Below the pieces are notes generated by a model that had not been told where the DNA came from, ran no database searches, and saw only the letters and a list, made by a program, of their open reading frames with translations. DNA of 56,198 nt from Minisyncoccota bacterium (GTDB lineage Bacteria > Patescibacteriota > Minisyncoccia > Phycocordibacterales > GWA1-40-21). This document shows, piece by piece, positions 7,528 through 16,728 of this stretch. The stretch spans positions 1-56,198 of the forward strand of contig JAVHRR010000006.1 of NCBI GenBank assembly GCA_036171775.1, written 5' to 3'. Each line of letters starts with the position of its first letter. Within the stretch, counting starts at the first letter, position 1. The position numbers were made by a program, and so were the translations under genes.

Positions 7528-8691
7528 ATGACTAAAGCAGAAATAATAGAGGTTCTTGCCAAACTTGGATACAAAACAATACAACATAAAAAATTTGGTG
7601 ATTTAATTGAAATGGACGCTGAGGATGCTTTTGTTTTTTCTTCAATTATTGGATCGTCATACTTAATCTATCCGTATGGTATTACCATGAAAGGAAGATA
7701 TGAGGTCTTTATTCATCGTGCACTTTTTTCGGATGGCTATTATATATATTCCCCAGGGTTATTCGGAAGAAATATAGAAGGAAAATTAATAGAGGAAAAT
7801 TCTGCCGATATGTTGCTTAAAAAATATCCTGCTGTTTTTAAAAATAAAAAATATATTTATATTGAGGATATTAAGACGAAAAAACTTAGCAATGTAGAAA
7901 ATAATATTTTTAATTTAATTAAAAGCGAAAAAGAAGATCCAAGTAATTATTTAGTTTATAAAAATTTTGAATCTGGCGCTTCAGCAGAATCTCTTTTTGA
8001 GTATTTGGCTAGTATGGAATTTATAAAAAGTGGCTATATTACTGAAAACCAAGTTCCCTGGTTTCAACAGAATTTAAAACATAATGGTAAAACCTTACAA
8101 GGAGGCATACCAGACTTTTCAGCATTTCACTGCAGGGTCTCATCGTATTTAAAATCTTTAGGAATCATTACTGAAAATAGAGGCGTATCCATTACTTTGC
8201 TTCCTGTAATTAAAAACTTTAGAGTAATTAAGAATGATGATTCAATAAAGACAAAGACACAATATGAATTAATTATTGGAGAAGTAAAATCATCTAAATC
8301 AAGTCTTGCTGCTGCAACAGTTCAAATTAAGAAATATGGAGAAGTACAGTTAGCCAATAAATTATTCACAATAATTCCAAACGTAGCTGATAATCAAATT
8401 GATTTTGTGGGTGAAATGTTTGTTGAAAACAATACTTTTAAAGTTAAAGGGTCAAATGTGGATATTACAATTGATAAAGATCGACAATCTCATGATGACG
8501 AATGGATAAGTAATTATATAAAAATTCTTTTATTGGGTAATTTGCCTTTTAAGAAAATAGTCGACTTTATTGAAATATACAGAAAAAATACAAATCAAAC
8601 TTTGTTAGAAAATTATGAGGCTGTACATTTATTGGATGCAGTTATAATGACGCAAGATAAATATTTTTTTGAGTATTTTATAAAAAATTAA
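7528..8691 (+). CDS. Hypothetical protein (387 aa), candidate PD-(D/E)xK restriction endonuclease subunit
   Basis: ESLFEYL..., GGIPDFSAF and ELIIGEVKSSKSSL. The GEVK-x-S-x-SL block resembles IMGEVKQSSSL in the 809-aa protein. Extended -10 TGCTATGAT at 7510-7518. Confidence 0.7.
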   Translation: MTKAEIIEVLAKLGYKTIQHKKFGDLIEMDAEDAFVFSSIIGSSYLIYPYGITMKGRYEVFIHRALFSDGYYIYSPGLFGRNIEGKLIEENSADMLLKKYPAVFKNKKYIYIEDIKTKKLSNVENNIFNLIKSEKEDPSNYLVYKNFESGASAESLFEYLASMEFIKSGYITENQVPWFQQNLKHNGKTLQGGIPDFSAFHCRVSSYLKSLGIITENRGVSITLLPVIKNFRVIKNDDSIKTKTQYELIIGEVKSSKSSLAAATVQIKKYGEVQLANKLFTIIPNVADNQIDFVGEMFVENNTFKVKGSNVDITIDKDRQSHDDEWISNYIKILLLGNLPFKKIVDFIEIYRKNTNQTLLENYEAVHLLDAVIMTQDKYFFEYFIKN

Positions 8692-8695
8692 ATTT

Positions 8696-9769
8696 ATGGC
8701 ATACACTAGCGATCTTAGAGTAAAAAATATTTTGAAGGAAGTTGACATAGAAGTCAGAAAGATTTTAGCTGAAAAAGAAATAACTGATAGGCTTAATTTA
8801 AGAATATATGATGAATCTGACGAAGATGCATTGTCATGGAATAATGGGGGTTTGGCATTTTCTGATCCAAAAACTGGACGAGATCTTGGCGCAAACGATG
8901 GAGCATGGTCTATTGATAATTCATATCCATTAATAGTGGTAGAAGGAACATTTGGTACTGAAAGAGGTCAGTTTGGAGATGGACAACTAAATCGTATAAG
9001 CCATTCCCTCGGTGTAGCATTAAACGGTTATGTTGGTGTTACTCTGGTTCCTTATAAAGGACAGTCTTTTGTTAAAAAAGGTAGTAGAAAAGATATAATT
9101 AATAAAAAAATCAATTACTCAAACGGTTTGTTGCATAAAGGAATGGCCACACTTGCTCTAAGTTTCTCAAAAAACAATACTGGAAAATTTTTAATTGTTG
9201 ATCCATATGAAAAAAACTTACTTAGAGATTTAATAGTTGAGGCAACACTTAAACATTTAGGTAGGAAAAATAACTTTGACTCTATTGTTGATCGAATTAT
9301 AAAAAATATGACAGATTATCTTGGTAAATCTGTTTATGGCGCCAGGAGTAAACAAACAATCAAAACTATATACGATGAGTCAGGAAAAACTATTCCTGGA
9401 AAAGCTAGATTTTATACACAAAATATTGCAGCCCTAACCACTTCAACAAAAAGAGATGCACACGGTTTGTTAGGAAAGAATTTGATTGAACTATACTCAA
9501 CAAAAGAAAATTTATATTCGATTTTTATACGTCTTACAAAGGACGATATAGAGCTTTTGAGAAATAGAAGATCGAAGGAATTTTCATTTATTCTTAATAA
9601 TCCGAAGATAAAAGTTAAGTGTATTGACGATTTGATATTTACTGATTTAAAGGTTTTTAAAGACGTTATGGCCTTTAAGGATAAAAATTTACATCAAGAA
9701 AGTGAGAAAGCTTTAATTGGTGAAATACAAAATGGTTTTAATGCCGGGACAATAAGAATTCGATTATAA
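8696..9769 (+). CDS. Hypothetical protein (357 aa), possible second nuclease or specificity subunit of the R-M-like cassette
   Basis: Starts 4 nt after the previous stop and converges on the MTase genes with a 6-nt overlap. PLIVVEGTFGTERGQ is the only acidic-core candidate. No family recognised. Confidence 0.65.
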   Translation: MAYTSDLRVKNILKEVDIEVRKILAEKEITDRLNLRIYDESDEDALSWNNGGLAFSDPKTGRDLGANDGAWSIDNSYPLIVVEGTFGTERGQFGDGQLNRISHSLGVALNGYVGVTLVPYKGQSFVKKGSRKDIINKKINYSNGLLHKGMATLALSFSKNNTGKFLIVDPYEKNLLRDLIVEATLKHLGRKNNFDSIVDRIIKNMTDYLGKSVYGARSKQTIKTIYDESGKTIPGKARFYTQNIAALTTSTKRDAHGLLGKNLIELYSTKENLYSIFIRLTKDDIELLRNRRSKEFSFILNNPKIKVKCIDDLIFTDLKVFKDVMAFKDKNLHQESEKALIGEIQNGFNAGTIRIRL

Positions 9770-11329
9770 AATAAAAGGTTTAATTTTATATTCAAATAAA
9801 AATCTATTCATAAGATAATCAAAAATATCTGAATTATTTTTATACCCAGCCTTTTTTGCTTCTTCAGTAATTTGTTTTGTGATTTCTTGAGTTAGGTCAG
9901 ACAAAGTAATGTTTTTCTTGGTTTTATTTTTTCTAAAATTAAAAACGAGAAAACATTGTGAATTTTTATTTGTTGCATGCTGACTTGATGTTTTTGAATT
10001 AGAAATTAGCCTAATTGGTAAATTTGAAATAATTGGATCAAATTTTGAACTTAAAATTGCTTGCTGCAAATATTCCCAATGTTCTAAATTTGGATGATGA
10101 AAAACTAGGGTTAATACGGATCCCTCTTTTAATATCCTGTGCGCTTCGTCAAGAAATTTTCTAAATTTATGAGCATAATTTTTTATATCTTTACCTTGAT
10201 GTTTACTCACAATCATTTCATTCTCAAAATTAGTTTTTGATCCTAGCCAAGACTCATAAACTATATTTAATTCTGCATAATTAAGAATGTCTGAATATGG
10301 TGGATCAGTATAAATATAATCAATTGAATTACTTTCAATATTAGGTAAGTTGTCTGCACTACCTTTAATGAAGTTTGTTACATAAGGATAATCATTTTTA
10401 AATATTTCTGAATTACCTTTAAGAATTATATTGAATTTATTTTCGAAATTCGAACTTACATTTGTGTCCTTTATTAGTGGTGGTATATAAAATGTTCCCA
10501 TTTTAATAGAAGTGTTTTCATAATCTCTATATCTACTCATTAATGATGAATTAAATAATATTGAGGTAAATATAAAGGTAAATAATTGTTTAGTTTCCTT
10601 ATTTTTAATTTTATTTATTTCTTCAAAAATTATTGATAAAGCCGTTAGATTTCTATTGGAATAAAGTTGATAAACTTTTTTCACTCCCTTTTTATAATTT
10701 CTTTTTGGTTCTTGACCAAAAAAATCATCTTTTGGATAGAAGTGCTTCTTATAATCTTCTGTCTTCCATTTTTTTATATCCTTTTTACTTGGTAATTTAA
10801 ATTGTTTATTTTTGGCACATGAACATTCATAACAAATTTTTAACAGTCTGAATTCCTTAAAAAAATTATCTTTTTTAAATTTAGTCCCAGCTTTATTTTT
10901 TAATAATATTTCCCCCCTGTTTTCTTCATATAGCCCATCCTTACTCTGCCAAACTTCTCCGACAATAGAAAATCTAATTAACGCCTTATTACCACAGTGC
11001 TCGCATTCGGTAGTGTAATAATCATCTATTTTTTTTAAAATTCTGTTTTTTTCTTCAATGTAGTTCGATAGTTTTTTCTCAACGTGGTAATTTTGACAAT
11101 ATCCCTTTGAAATATGAACTGATACTGTGCTCAGATCATTTAATATTACTTTTCTACTTCTTAATATTGCGGCTACACCAGTCATGCCGGTACCACAGAA
11201 AGGATCCAAAATTACATCGCCGGCTTTAGTATTTTTTTCAATTAAAAACATAATCGGATCTATTGGTTGTTTAGTCCAATATGAGTGCATATTAAATATT
11301 GTTCCAGATTTTTTATATTTAAAGTCCAT
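9764..11329 (-). CDS. DNA methyltransferase (N6-adenine or N4-cytosine class, DPPY type)
   Basis: 521 aa. AdoMet motif I VILDPFCGTGMTGVAA is near the N-terminus, and catalytic motif IV is IDYIYTDPPYSD. A Cys-rich insert (CEHCGN...CYECSC) lies between them. Confidence 0.85.
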   Translation of the reverse strand: MDFKYKKSGTIFNMHSYWTKQPIDPIMFLIEKNTKAGDVILDPFCGTGMTGVAAILRSRKVILNDLSTVSVHISKGYCQNYHVEKKLSNYIEEKNRILKKIDDYYTTECEHCGNKALIRFSIVGEVWQSKDGLYEENRGEILLKNKAGTKFKKDNFFKEFRLLKICYECSCAKNKQFKLPSKKDIKKWKTEDYKKHFYPKDDFFGQEPKRNYKKGVKKVYQLYSNRNLTALSIIFEEINKIKNKETKQLFTFIFTSILFNSSLMSRYRDYENTSIKMGTFYIPPLIKDTNVSSNFENKFNIILKGNSEIFKNDYPYVTNFIKGSADNLPNIESNSIDYIYTDPPYSDILNYAELNIVYESWLGSKTNFENEMIVSKHQGKDIKNYAHKFRKFLDEAHRILKEGSVLTLVFHHPNLEHWEYLQQAILSSKFDPIISNLPIRLISNSKTSSQHATNKNSQCFLVFNFRKNKTKKNITLSDLTQEITKQITEEAKKAGYKNNSDIFDYLMNRFLFEYKIKPFIL

Positions 11330-12438
11330 TATTTTTTCGTCATAATCATTATTCGATCGTGCTTTTGCTCTTTGCTTCTTTTCTGTACAGATTTATTCAT
11401 TGGTATGGCATCTTCTATAATTGCATGACAAACAAACCCATTGTTTTCAAGTATAGACTTAAGAGTATTTGCAGTATTTATAACTTTTTTTCCTTTAAAG
11501 CAATCCCCGACAATAAAAACACAATATCCTCCTACCTTTAAAACTCTTTGCATTTCTTTTATACATAAAGTCATTTCATCAAGATAAGAATCAAATTGTT
11601 GAATCAACTTTTTTCTTAATTTTCCGTTTTCTTCAGGATCATAATGTCCAAGAATAGCCAAACGAAGTCTATGAGAACCAACATAATCCAACGTATCATA
11701 ATAAGGAGGGCTGGTAATTATATGATCAACGGAGTTATCTTTAATTGGTAATTTTCTTGCATCATCAAAATAAACTTCCATTTTACCTGTTGTTGTAAAA
11801 CCATCCTTGTATGTTCTTTTGACTTTTTCAATCAATCTCGGAATAGCTTCTCTGTATTCTCCCTTATCATCTTTTCTTGGTTTATATGGTAACGTCCAAG
11901 CACATGGTTTAGATAAATGTCCTGGTCGATGTCCCTGACTAATGCCAGTTAGGCATCCCAACAAAAAATATTGTTTGTCTTTTTTAAGTTTTTTTATTAA
12001 AAATAATATTTCTTTCAGAGTTTCGTGATTATAATATTCTTTCACCCAATCTGGAATTTCTGATATCGATATTTTTTTAGTGTTTATTTTTATCTTATTT
12101 AAATATTTTATAAGATCATCTTTTGTGTGATTATTAAAACTTTTCGCTAAGGCAATTTGATATGCATATGGATTAAGATCAACTGCAATTGAATTCCTAT
12201 TCATTAACATAGCTTCTGTTGTAATAGTCCCTATACCACAAAAAGGATCCAGAACGATATCTCCTTTAGAACTAACATATTCAATTAAAAAATGTGCAAA
12301 AGATGGTTTAATTCTTCCCACATAAGGTGAGATTCTATGTAACCAATTACCCCAACTTTGAATGGAATATGGTGGAAATGTCCATTCCTTTTTCGATATT
12401 TCAGCAACAACTTTTTTCACAGATTTATTCTTTAACAT
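11329..12438 (-). CDS. DNA methyltransferase (SPPY type, most likely N4-cytosine)
   Basis: 369 aa. Motif I is VLDPFCGIGTITTEA and motif IV is HIITSPPYYDTLDY. Its stop overlaps the start of the next MTase (TAATG), implying translational coupling. Confidence 0.85.
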   Translation of the reverse strand: MLKNKSVKKVVAEISKKEWTFPPYSIQSWGNWLHRISPYVGRIKPSFAHFLIEYVSSKGDIVLDPFCGIGTITTEAMLMNRNSIAVDLNPYAYQIALAKSFNNHTKDDLIKYLNKIKINTKKISISEIPDWVKEYYNHETLKEILFLIKKLKKDKQYFLLGCLTGISQGHRPGHLSKPCAWTLPYKPRKDDKGEYREAIPRLIEKVKRTYKDGFTTTGKMEVYFDDARKLPIKDNSVDHIITSPPYYDTLDYVGSHRLRLAILGHYDPEENGKLRKKLIQQFDSYLDEMTLCIKEMQRVLKVGGYCVFIVGDCFKGKKVINTANTLKSILENNGFVCHAIIEDAIPMNKSVQKRSKEQKHDRIMIMTKK

Positions 12439-12485
12439 GTTTTGATTATATCAAATATTTGAATCGGGGCAAGCCTAGTTAGATA

Positions 12486-13814
12486 CTATAATACATTTTT
12501 TAATATAACCTTCTGATTTTTAATATAAATAGTATTTGTTAGACATCTAAGAAACTCCCTCTTTTCCTCTAATGATCCTTCTTGAAGAATAAACTTTGCA
12601 TAGTTTCTAATATCTATATCTTTTACTATTATTGGTGTTTTGCTTCCCAATAACATTTGTTCAAACTTTTTAAATCTTTTTACCTCATTTGTAATTTTTT
12701 CTTTCATAGGCACGGTTTGTATTTCTAGATCGTCAATTAAATCTTGAAGTTGTTTTATGAGATCATCCTCATTAATAAATCCGCAAGGACATTTTGAATC
12801 TCTTATCCTTGTACATTTATAATAAACGTAACGATGGGTATTACCGTTCTTTTGAACTTTAAACTTTTCATCAGCTGTAATACCAGATCCACATAACCCA
12901 CAGGTCATTATCTTGGTAAATGCAAATTCCTTTTGTTGTGATCTGGGCTGTAATGTTTGATTCGTAATTTGAATTTGTACTTGATCGAAAAGTTCTTTGG
13001 TAATAATCGGTTCATGAGATCCTTGATACCAATGTCCTGAATCTTTCGGATACTCAAATTTTCCATAATAGAAAGTATTTTCTAGAAGCTTATATATATT
13101 ACCCAAACTCAAATGCATATTAGTTTCAGTTTTGAAATTAATATCGTCTTTGAGCCAATGATAGACTTTTCTTCCACTCCAATGGTCATTACCAATCTTT
13201 TCAAATATTTGTTTGATAACAGGCGCTCTATCTGGATCATGAATACTTTGACATTTTCTGTCTGTTCTTTTTTCTTTAAAATATCCTGTGGGAGGTCTGC
13301 ATGGCCATAACCCCATCTCAACTCTAGCTTTCAATCCACGTTTTACATTTATGCTTTTGTTGTCATTCTCCAATTTAGCTTGTGAACAAAGAATCATAAG
13401 TAAAAACTTTTCATTAGGAGAATTAGAAAAAGTTTGTCCATATGTTTGAATATGAATTAATTTTTTCTGATCCATAAAATCAACGAGTGATCCCAAATCT
13501 CCAGCATTTCTGCTTAACCTATCTGGTGCCCAAGTGAGAATTCCGTTATATGTTCCATTGCGTATATCTTCAAGCAATTCCTTGAATATCGGTCTTTGTC
13601 CCGAATCTTTAGCTGAATGGGATTCACGCTTGATTGCCACCACATTGAGCTTTAAATGCTCTGCTATAGTGGTCATTTCCTTAACTTGAGAATCTATCGA
13701 AAGTACCTGTTTTTCTTCCTGTTCGGTCGATTTACGAGCATATAAACAATATTTGATCCTAGTTTCGGATATCACTATTGGACTGTATATTTTACCTACA
13801 ATATTCGTTTCCAT
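12486..13814 (-). CDS. Large serine recombinase (phage-integrase type)
   Basis: 442 aa. It has an N-terminal resolvase catalytic domain (YARKSTEQEEKQVLSIDSQ), a recombinase domain, a Zn-ribbon CGLCGS...YYKCTR and a C-terminal coiled coil. Confidence 0.9.
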   Translation of the reverse strand: METNIVGKIYSPIVISETRIKYCLYARKSTEQEEKQVLSIDSQVKEMTTIAEHLKLNVVAIKRESHSAKDSGQRPIFKELLEDIRNGTYNGILTWAPDRLSRNAGDLGSLVDFMDQKKLIHIQTYGQTFSNSPNEKFLLMILCSQAKLENDNKSINVKRGLKARVEMGLWPCRPPTGYFKEKRTDRKCQSIHDPDRAPVIKQIFEKIGNDHWSGRKVYHWLKDDINFKTETNMHLSLGNIYKLLENTFYYGKFEYPKDSGHWYQGSHEPIITKELFDQVQIQITNQTLQPRSQQKEFAFTKIMTCGLCGSGITADEKFKVQKNGNTHRYVYYKCTRIRDSKCPCGFINEDDLIKQLQDLIDDLEIQTVPMKEKITNEVKRFKKFEQMLLGSKTPIIVKDIDIRNYAKFILQEGSLEEKREFLRCLTNTIYIKNQKVILKNVL

Positions 13815-14162
13815 GTATCAATTAATGACAGAGAAAGTGTCTTCTGCTAAGTCTTAATCGTTGGTAATACGTTGGCAACTTTGCTTAGCAGAACTACTTA
13901 AGTACGTTATAATTTATAGACTAATAATTGAAAAAAGGTTATTATGTTCAAGACAACTGAATAAGAAAGTAATCTAAACTAGTAAGTAATTACTGGCATG
14001 ATGAAAAGAAAGTCCTGGAAAGACATAAAAAACCCATCATATGGGGTTGTCTTTCCAGGCTATATCGGGAAACCGGTATAAATGACTTCGGTCGTTAACC
14101 ATGTGGTGGGCTTTTTGTTTACCCACCATAGGCTTTTATTAAAACAAGATATAAAAATTATT

Positions 14163-14816
14163 ATGAATAATGAAAATCAATCTGTTGAAGTTAAGACTAA
14201 AAATATAACTTTTGGTTTGGTTATCGCTTGGATATTGGGTGTTGTATTTACAATTGCAGGTTTAACCAGTTTGTTTACAAATGTAGTATCAGGAATTTTA
14301 TTTTTAGTTATGGCTTTCATAACTCTCCCTGTTACAGATGACATTATTAAAAATAAATTAAAGATCTCTCTTTCAAAAGGATTAAAAATATTTTTAGTAA
14401 TAGTTTTGTTGGCAGTAGCCGGTAGCCTTTCTTCAAAAAGTAATCCTACACAAACATCTTCTTCAACAAATAATAATGTTCCTGTAGTAAACGTTCCAAA
14501 AACTCCAGAATTAACAGTTACTGCAATAAAATTAAGTGAAGATTATAAAGCCAATGAAGTTTCAGCTGACGCAAAATATAAAGGTAAATTTATTGAAGTT
14601 TCTGGAGTTATAGACAACATTGCAAAAGACATCATGGATACTCCATATGTAACTCTAAAAACTGATACATATTCAATCGTTGGTGTTCAATGTATGTTTG
14701 AAAAAGAATCAGAACCACAATTAGCCACTCTTTCAAAAGGTAAAAGCATAACTCTTCAAGGAGAGGTTTCTGGAAAGATGATGAACGTTATCATTAGAGG
14801 ATGTATCATAAAATAA
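14163..14816 (+). CDS. Membrane protein with C-terminal OB-fold (tRNA_anti-like) domain
   Basis: The ORF track starts at 14082. The ATG at 14163 (MNNENQ) precedes two TM helices. C-terminus ELTVTAIKLSEDYKANEVSADAKYKGKFIEVSGVI...VQCMF...LSKGKSITLQGEVSG fits the tRNA_anti-like OB pattern. Confidence 0.65.
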   Translation: MNNENQSVEVKTKNITFGLVIAWILGVVFTIAGLTSLFTNVVSGILFLVMAFITLPVTDDIIKNKLKISLSKGLKIFLVIVLLAVAGSLSSKSNPTQTSSSTNNNVPVVNVPKTPELTVTAIKLSEDYKANEVSADAKYKGKFIEVSGVIDNIAKDIMDTPYVTLKTDTYSIVGVQCMFEKESEPQLATLSKGKSITLQGEVSGKMMNVIIRGCIIK

Positions 14817-14831
14817 CAACTTCTGATCTAT

Positions 14832-16361
14832 TTAGTTAACGTCAACATAATCAGGGTAATATATTGTATCTCCACCTAACCAAAACATTATAATCGTTGG
14901 TTCATTGGAGTGTTTATCAAGGGTCGAGTTAATCAATAGAGAAAAAGCGTCTGCAAGATCATCGTGTTTCTCGACACCGAATCCAACAAGCTGTCTGATT
15001 AATTCTTCGCAACCTTGTCTTGGGAATTTTATTATTCCTGATTTTATTACAGTAGAGGTGAGAGCCAATCTTGTCCTCTTATCTCCTTTGGGTTTTACTG
15101 CTTCTGCTTCGACACCGTGCATTTCAAGCATTTGAGGTAATGCTTCTTGATAAGCGACACTCTCGACAAAAAATTTATCTCTGTGATTTGGCATTTGTGT
15201 TTCTTTGAAATTTTTCATCAAATCAACCTGTGCAGGAAAATTTAATTTTTTCGCAATTGGATTCGGTAATATATATATTTTTAATTTTTCACTCCTTGAA
15301 TATATATGAGCAGAAACTACAGCTGTAAAATCAGCGGAATCTTTTTCTGATATAGCAAGATCAACTCCAGCGTATGTACCTCGATATCCCATATGTTCTA
15401 CTCCCGGTAATTCATCATAATATTGTATCCATTCTGGATAAATGACCTGATCATCACTTGGAATAATGCGAAGTAAATATTCTCTTTGCCATGCTATCTC
15501 ACTTCCAACTTTTTTCTTTTCTATTTCAATATCTTCAGGTGTCGGATATTTACCTGGCCATAAACAAACATCATTTTCATTCTTAAGTGGAAATTCCAAG
15601 AAAGTTCCTTCTGTTTTTTCAGTCTTAATATCTTCTTTTATTCTCATTAACAGTGAATCTTCATGAAGTAAGTTTCCAATTACAATTACGCGAGTACTCT
15701 TGTCACCACATGGGATAACTTCGCTTTTAAACCAGTTATATGTTTTGTTACGACCTTCTCTTGTTTTTGTTGAACTAATATCTTCAACGTCGTCGCAAAT
15801 TATTAGATCGGGTCTATATGCACCATGGCGAAGTCCACGAATAGACTGCTCAGCTGAAGCAACAGTGATACGGGCATTAAAACTTTTAAATACAATTGAT
15901 CCAGAACCCCATTCATCATTATTTTCTTCTTCGTATGGCCACAGATCGTCTTTAAGCATCTGATTATTTTCTAATTCACGTCTCATATTCATCATGTGTT
16001 GCTTTGCCTGTGCTTTTGTTTGCGTAAGAATAAGTACGAATTTCTTTTGTGGTTTTCCAAGAATTGACCAGATCGGAAAAGAAGTCGTAACGATCGTGGA
16101 TTTACCAGATCCACGAAATGCTACAACGCAAAAATGTTTTAACGATTCGTTTTCGGTTAAAGAAATAATTTGTCTTTGAAAATCAGCCGTTGCATATTTC
16201 ACATAATGTGCAAAATAAAAATGAAAGAAGAACCAGTGACTTTCTTTTGTTATGGCCGCTCTAATTTTTCTGTCCGCAATCATCTTTTCTACGAGATCTT
16301 GCGGAATGACATTGTAATTTTCCATATATTTATTTGTTATCGCTCTCAACGGAAATGACAT
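14832..16361 (-). CDS. Phage terminase large subunit
   Basis: 509 aa with Walker A AFRGSGKST, Walker B LIICDDVED and a C-terminal RNase H-like nuclease block HDDLADAFSLL. Confidence 0.85.
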   Translation of the reverse strand: MSFPLRAITNKYMENYNVIPQDLVEKMIADRKIRAAITKESHWFFFHFYFAHYVKYATADFQRQIISLTENESLKHFCVVAFRGSGKSTIVTTSFPIWSILGKPQKKFVLILTQTKAQAKQHMMNMRRELENNQMLKDDLWPYEEENNDEWGSGSIVFKSFNARITVASAEQSIRGLRHGAYRPDLIICDDVEDISSTKTREGRNKTYNWFKSEVIPCGDKSTRVIVIGNLLHEDSLLMRIKEDIKTEKTEGTFLEFPLKNENDVCLWPGKYPTPEDIEIEKKKVGSEIAWQREYLLRIIPSDDQVIYPEWIQYYDELPGVEHMGYRGTYAGVDLAISEKDSADFTAVVSAHIYSRSEKLKIYILPNPIAKKLNFPAQVDLMKNFKETQMPNHRDKFFVESVAYQEALPQMLEMHGVEAEAVKPKGDKRTRLALTSTVIKSGIIKFPRQGCEELIRQLVGFGVEKHDDLADAFSLLINSTLDKHSNEPTIIMFWLGGDTIYYPDYVDVN

Positions 16362-16728
16362 GAGAAGCCAGCTTCAAAGCTTCTCTAACAGTAGCTTCTT
16401 GCTCCGGAGTCAATTCATCGTTGTGTTTTATTTTAGTAGTAATTTCGACCTTATCTCTAAACTTTGGATTTCTATGTCTTAGCCAGAAAGCAAGAGCAGG
16501 CCAGCTTTTTTCTTTGATCATATTGAGAAGTTGTCCCTCACTTATATCATTAATAAAAGCTTCACCCTCTGCCATTGCCAAATCCATATCTTCTAAAAAC
16601 TTCTCATCTTGATTTCTCCATCTATAAACTGAATTTCTTGATACTCCAATTTTTTCGCAAGCAATTTGAACTATTGGAACCTTTTTCAAACTTTCCAGAA
16701 ATTTATCTTTAACTCTATTTTTCTTCAT
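16330..16728 (-). CDS. HTH protein, candidate terminase small subunit
   Basis: 132 aa with an N-terminal HTH (IACEKIGVSRNSVYRWRN). It overlaps the terminase large-subunit start by 32 nt. Confidence 0.5.
   Translation of the reverse strand: MKKNRVKDKFLESLKKVPIVQIACEKIGVSRNSVYRWRNQDEKFLEDMDLAMAEGEAFINDISEGQLLNMIKEKSWPALAFWLRHRNPKFRDKVEITTKIKHNDELTPEQEATVREALKLASHVISVESDNK

Noticed and set aside
13998-14162. A 27-codon ORF (13998..14081, MMKRKSWKDIKNPSYGVVFPGYIGKPV) abutting the ORF-track start at 14082 of the OB-fold membrane protein.
   Set aside because: It has no RBS or promoter, and the ORF is largely occupied by the nested hairpin at 14014-14059. The 27-residue extension from 14082 is atypical, so ATG 14163 is preferred, but the longer form cannot be excluded.
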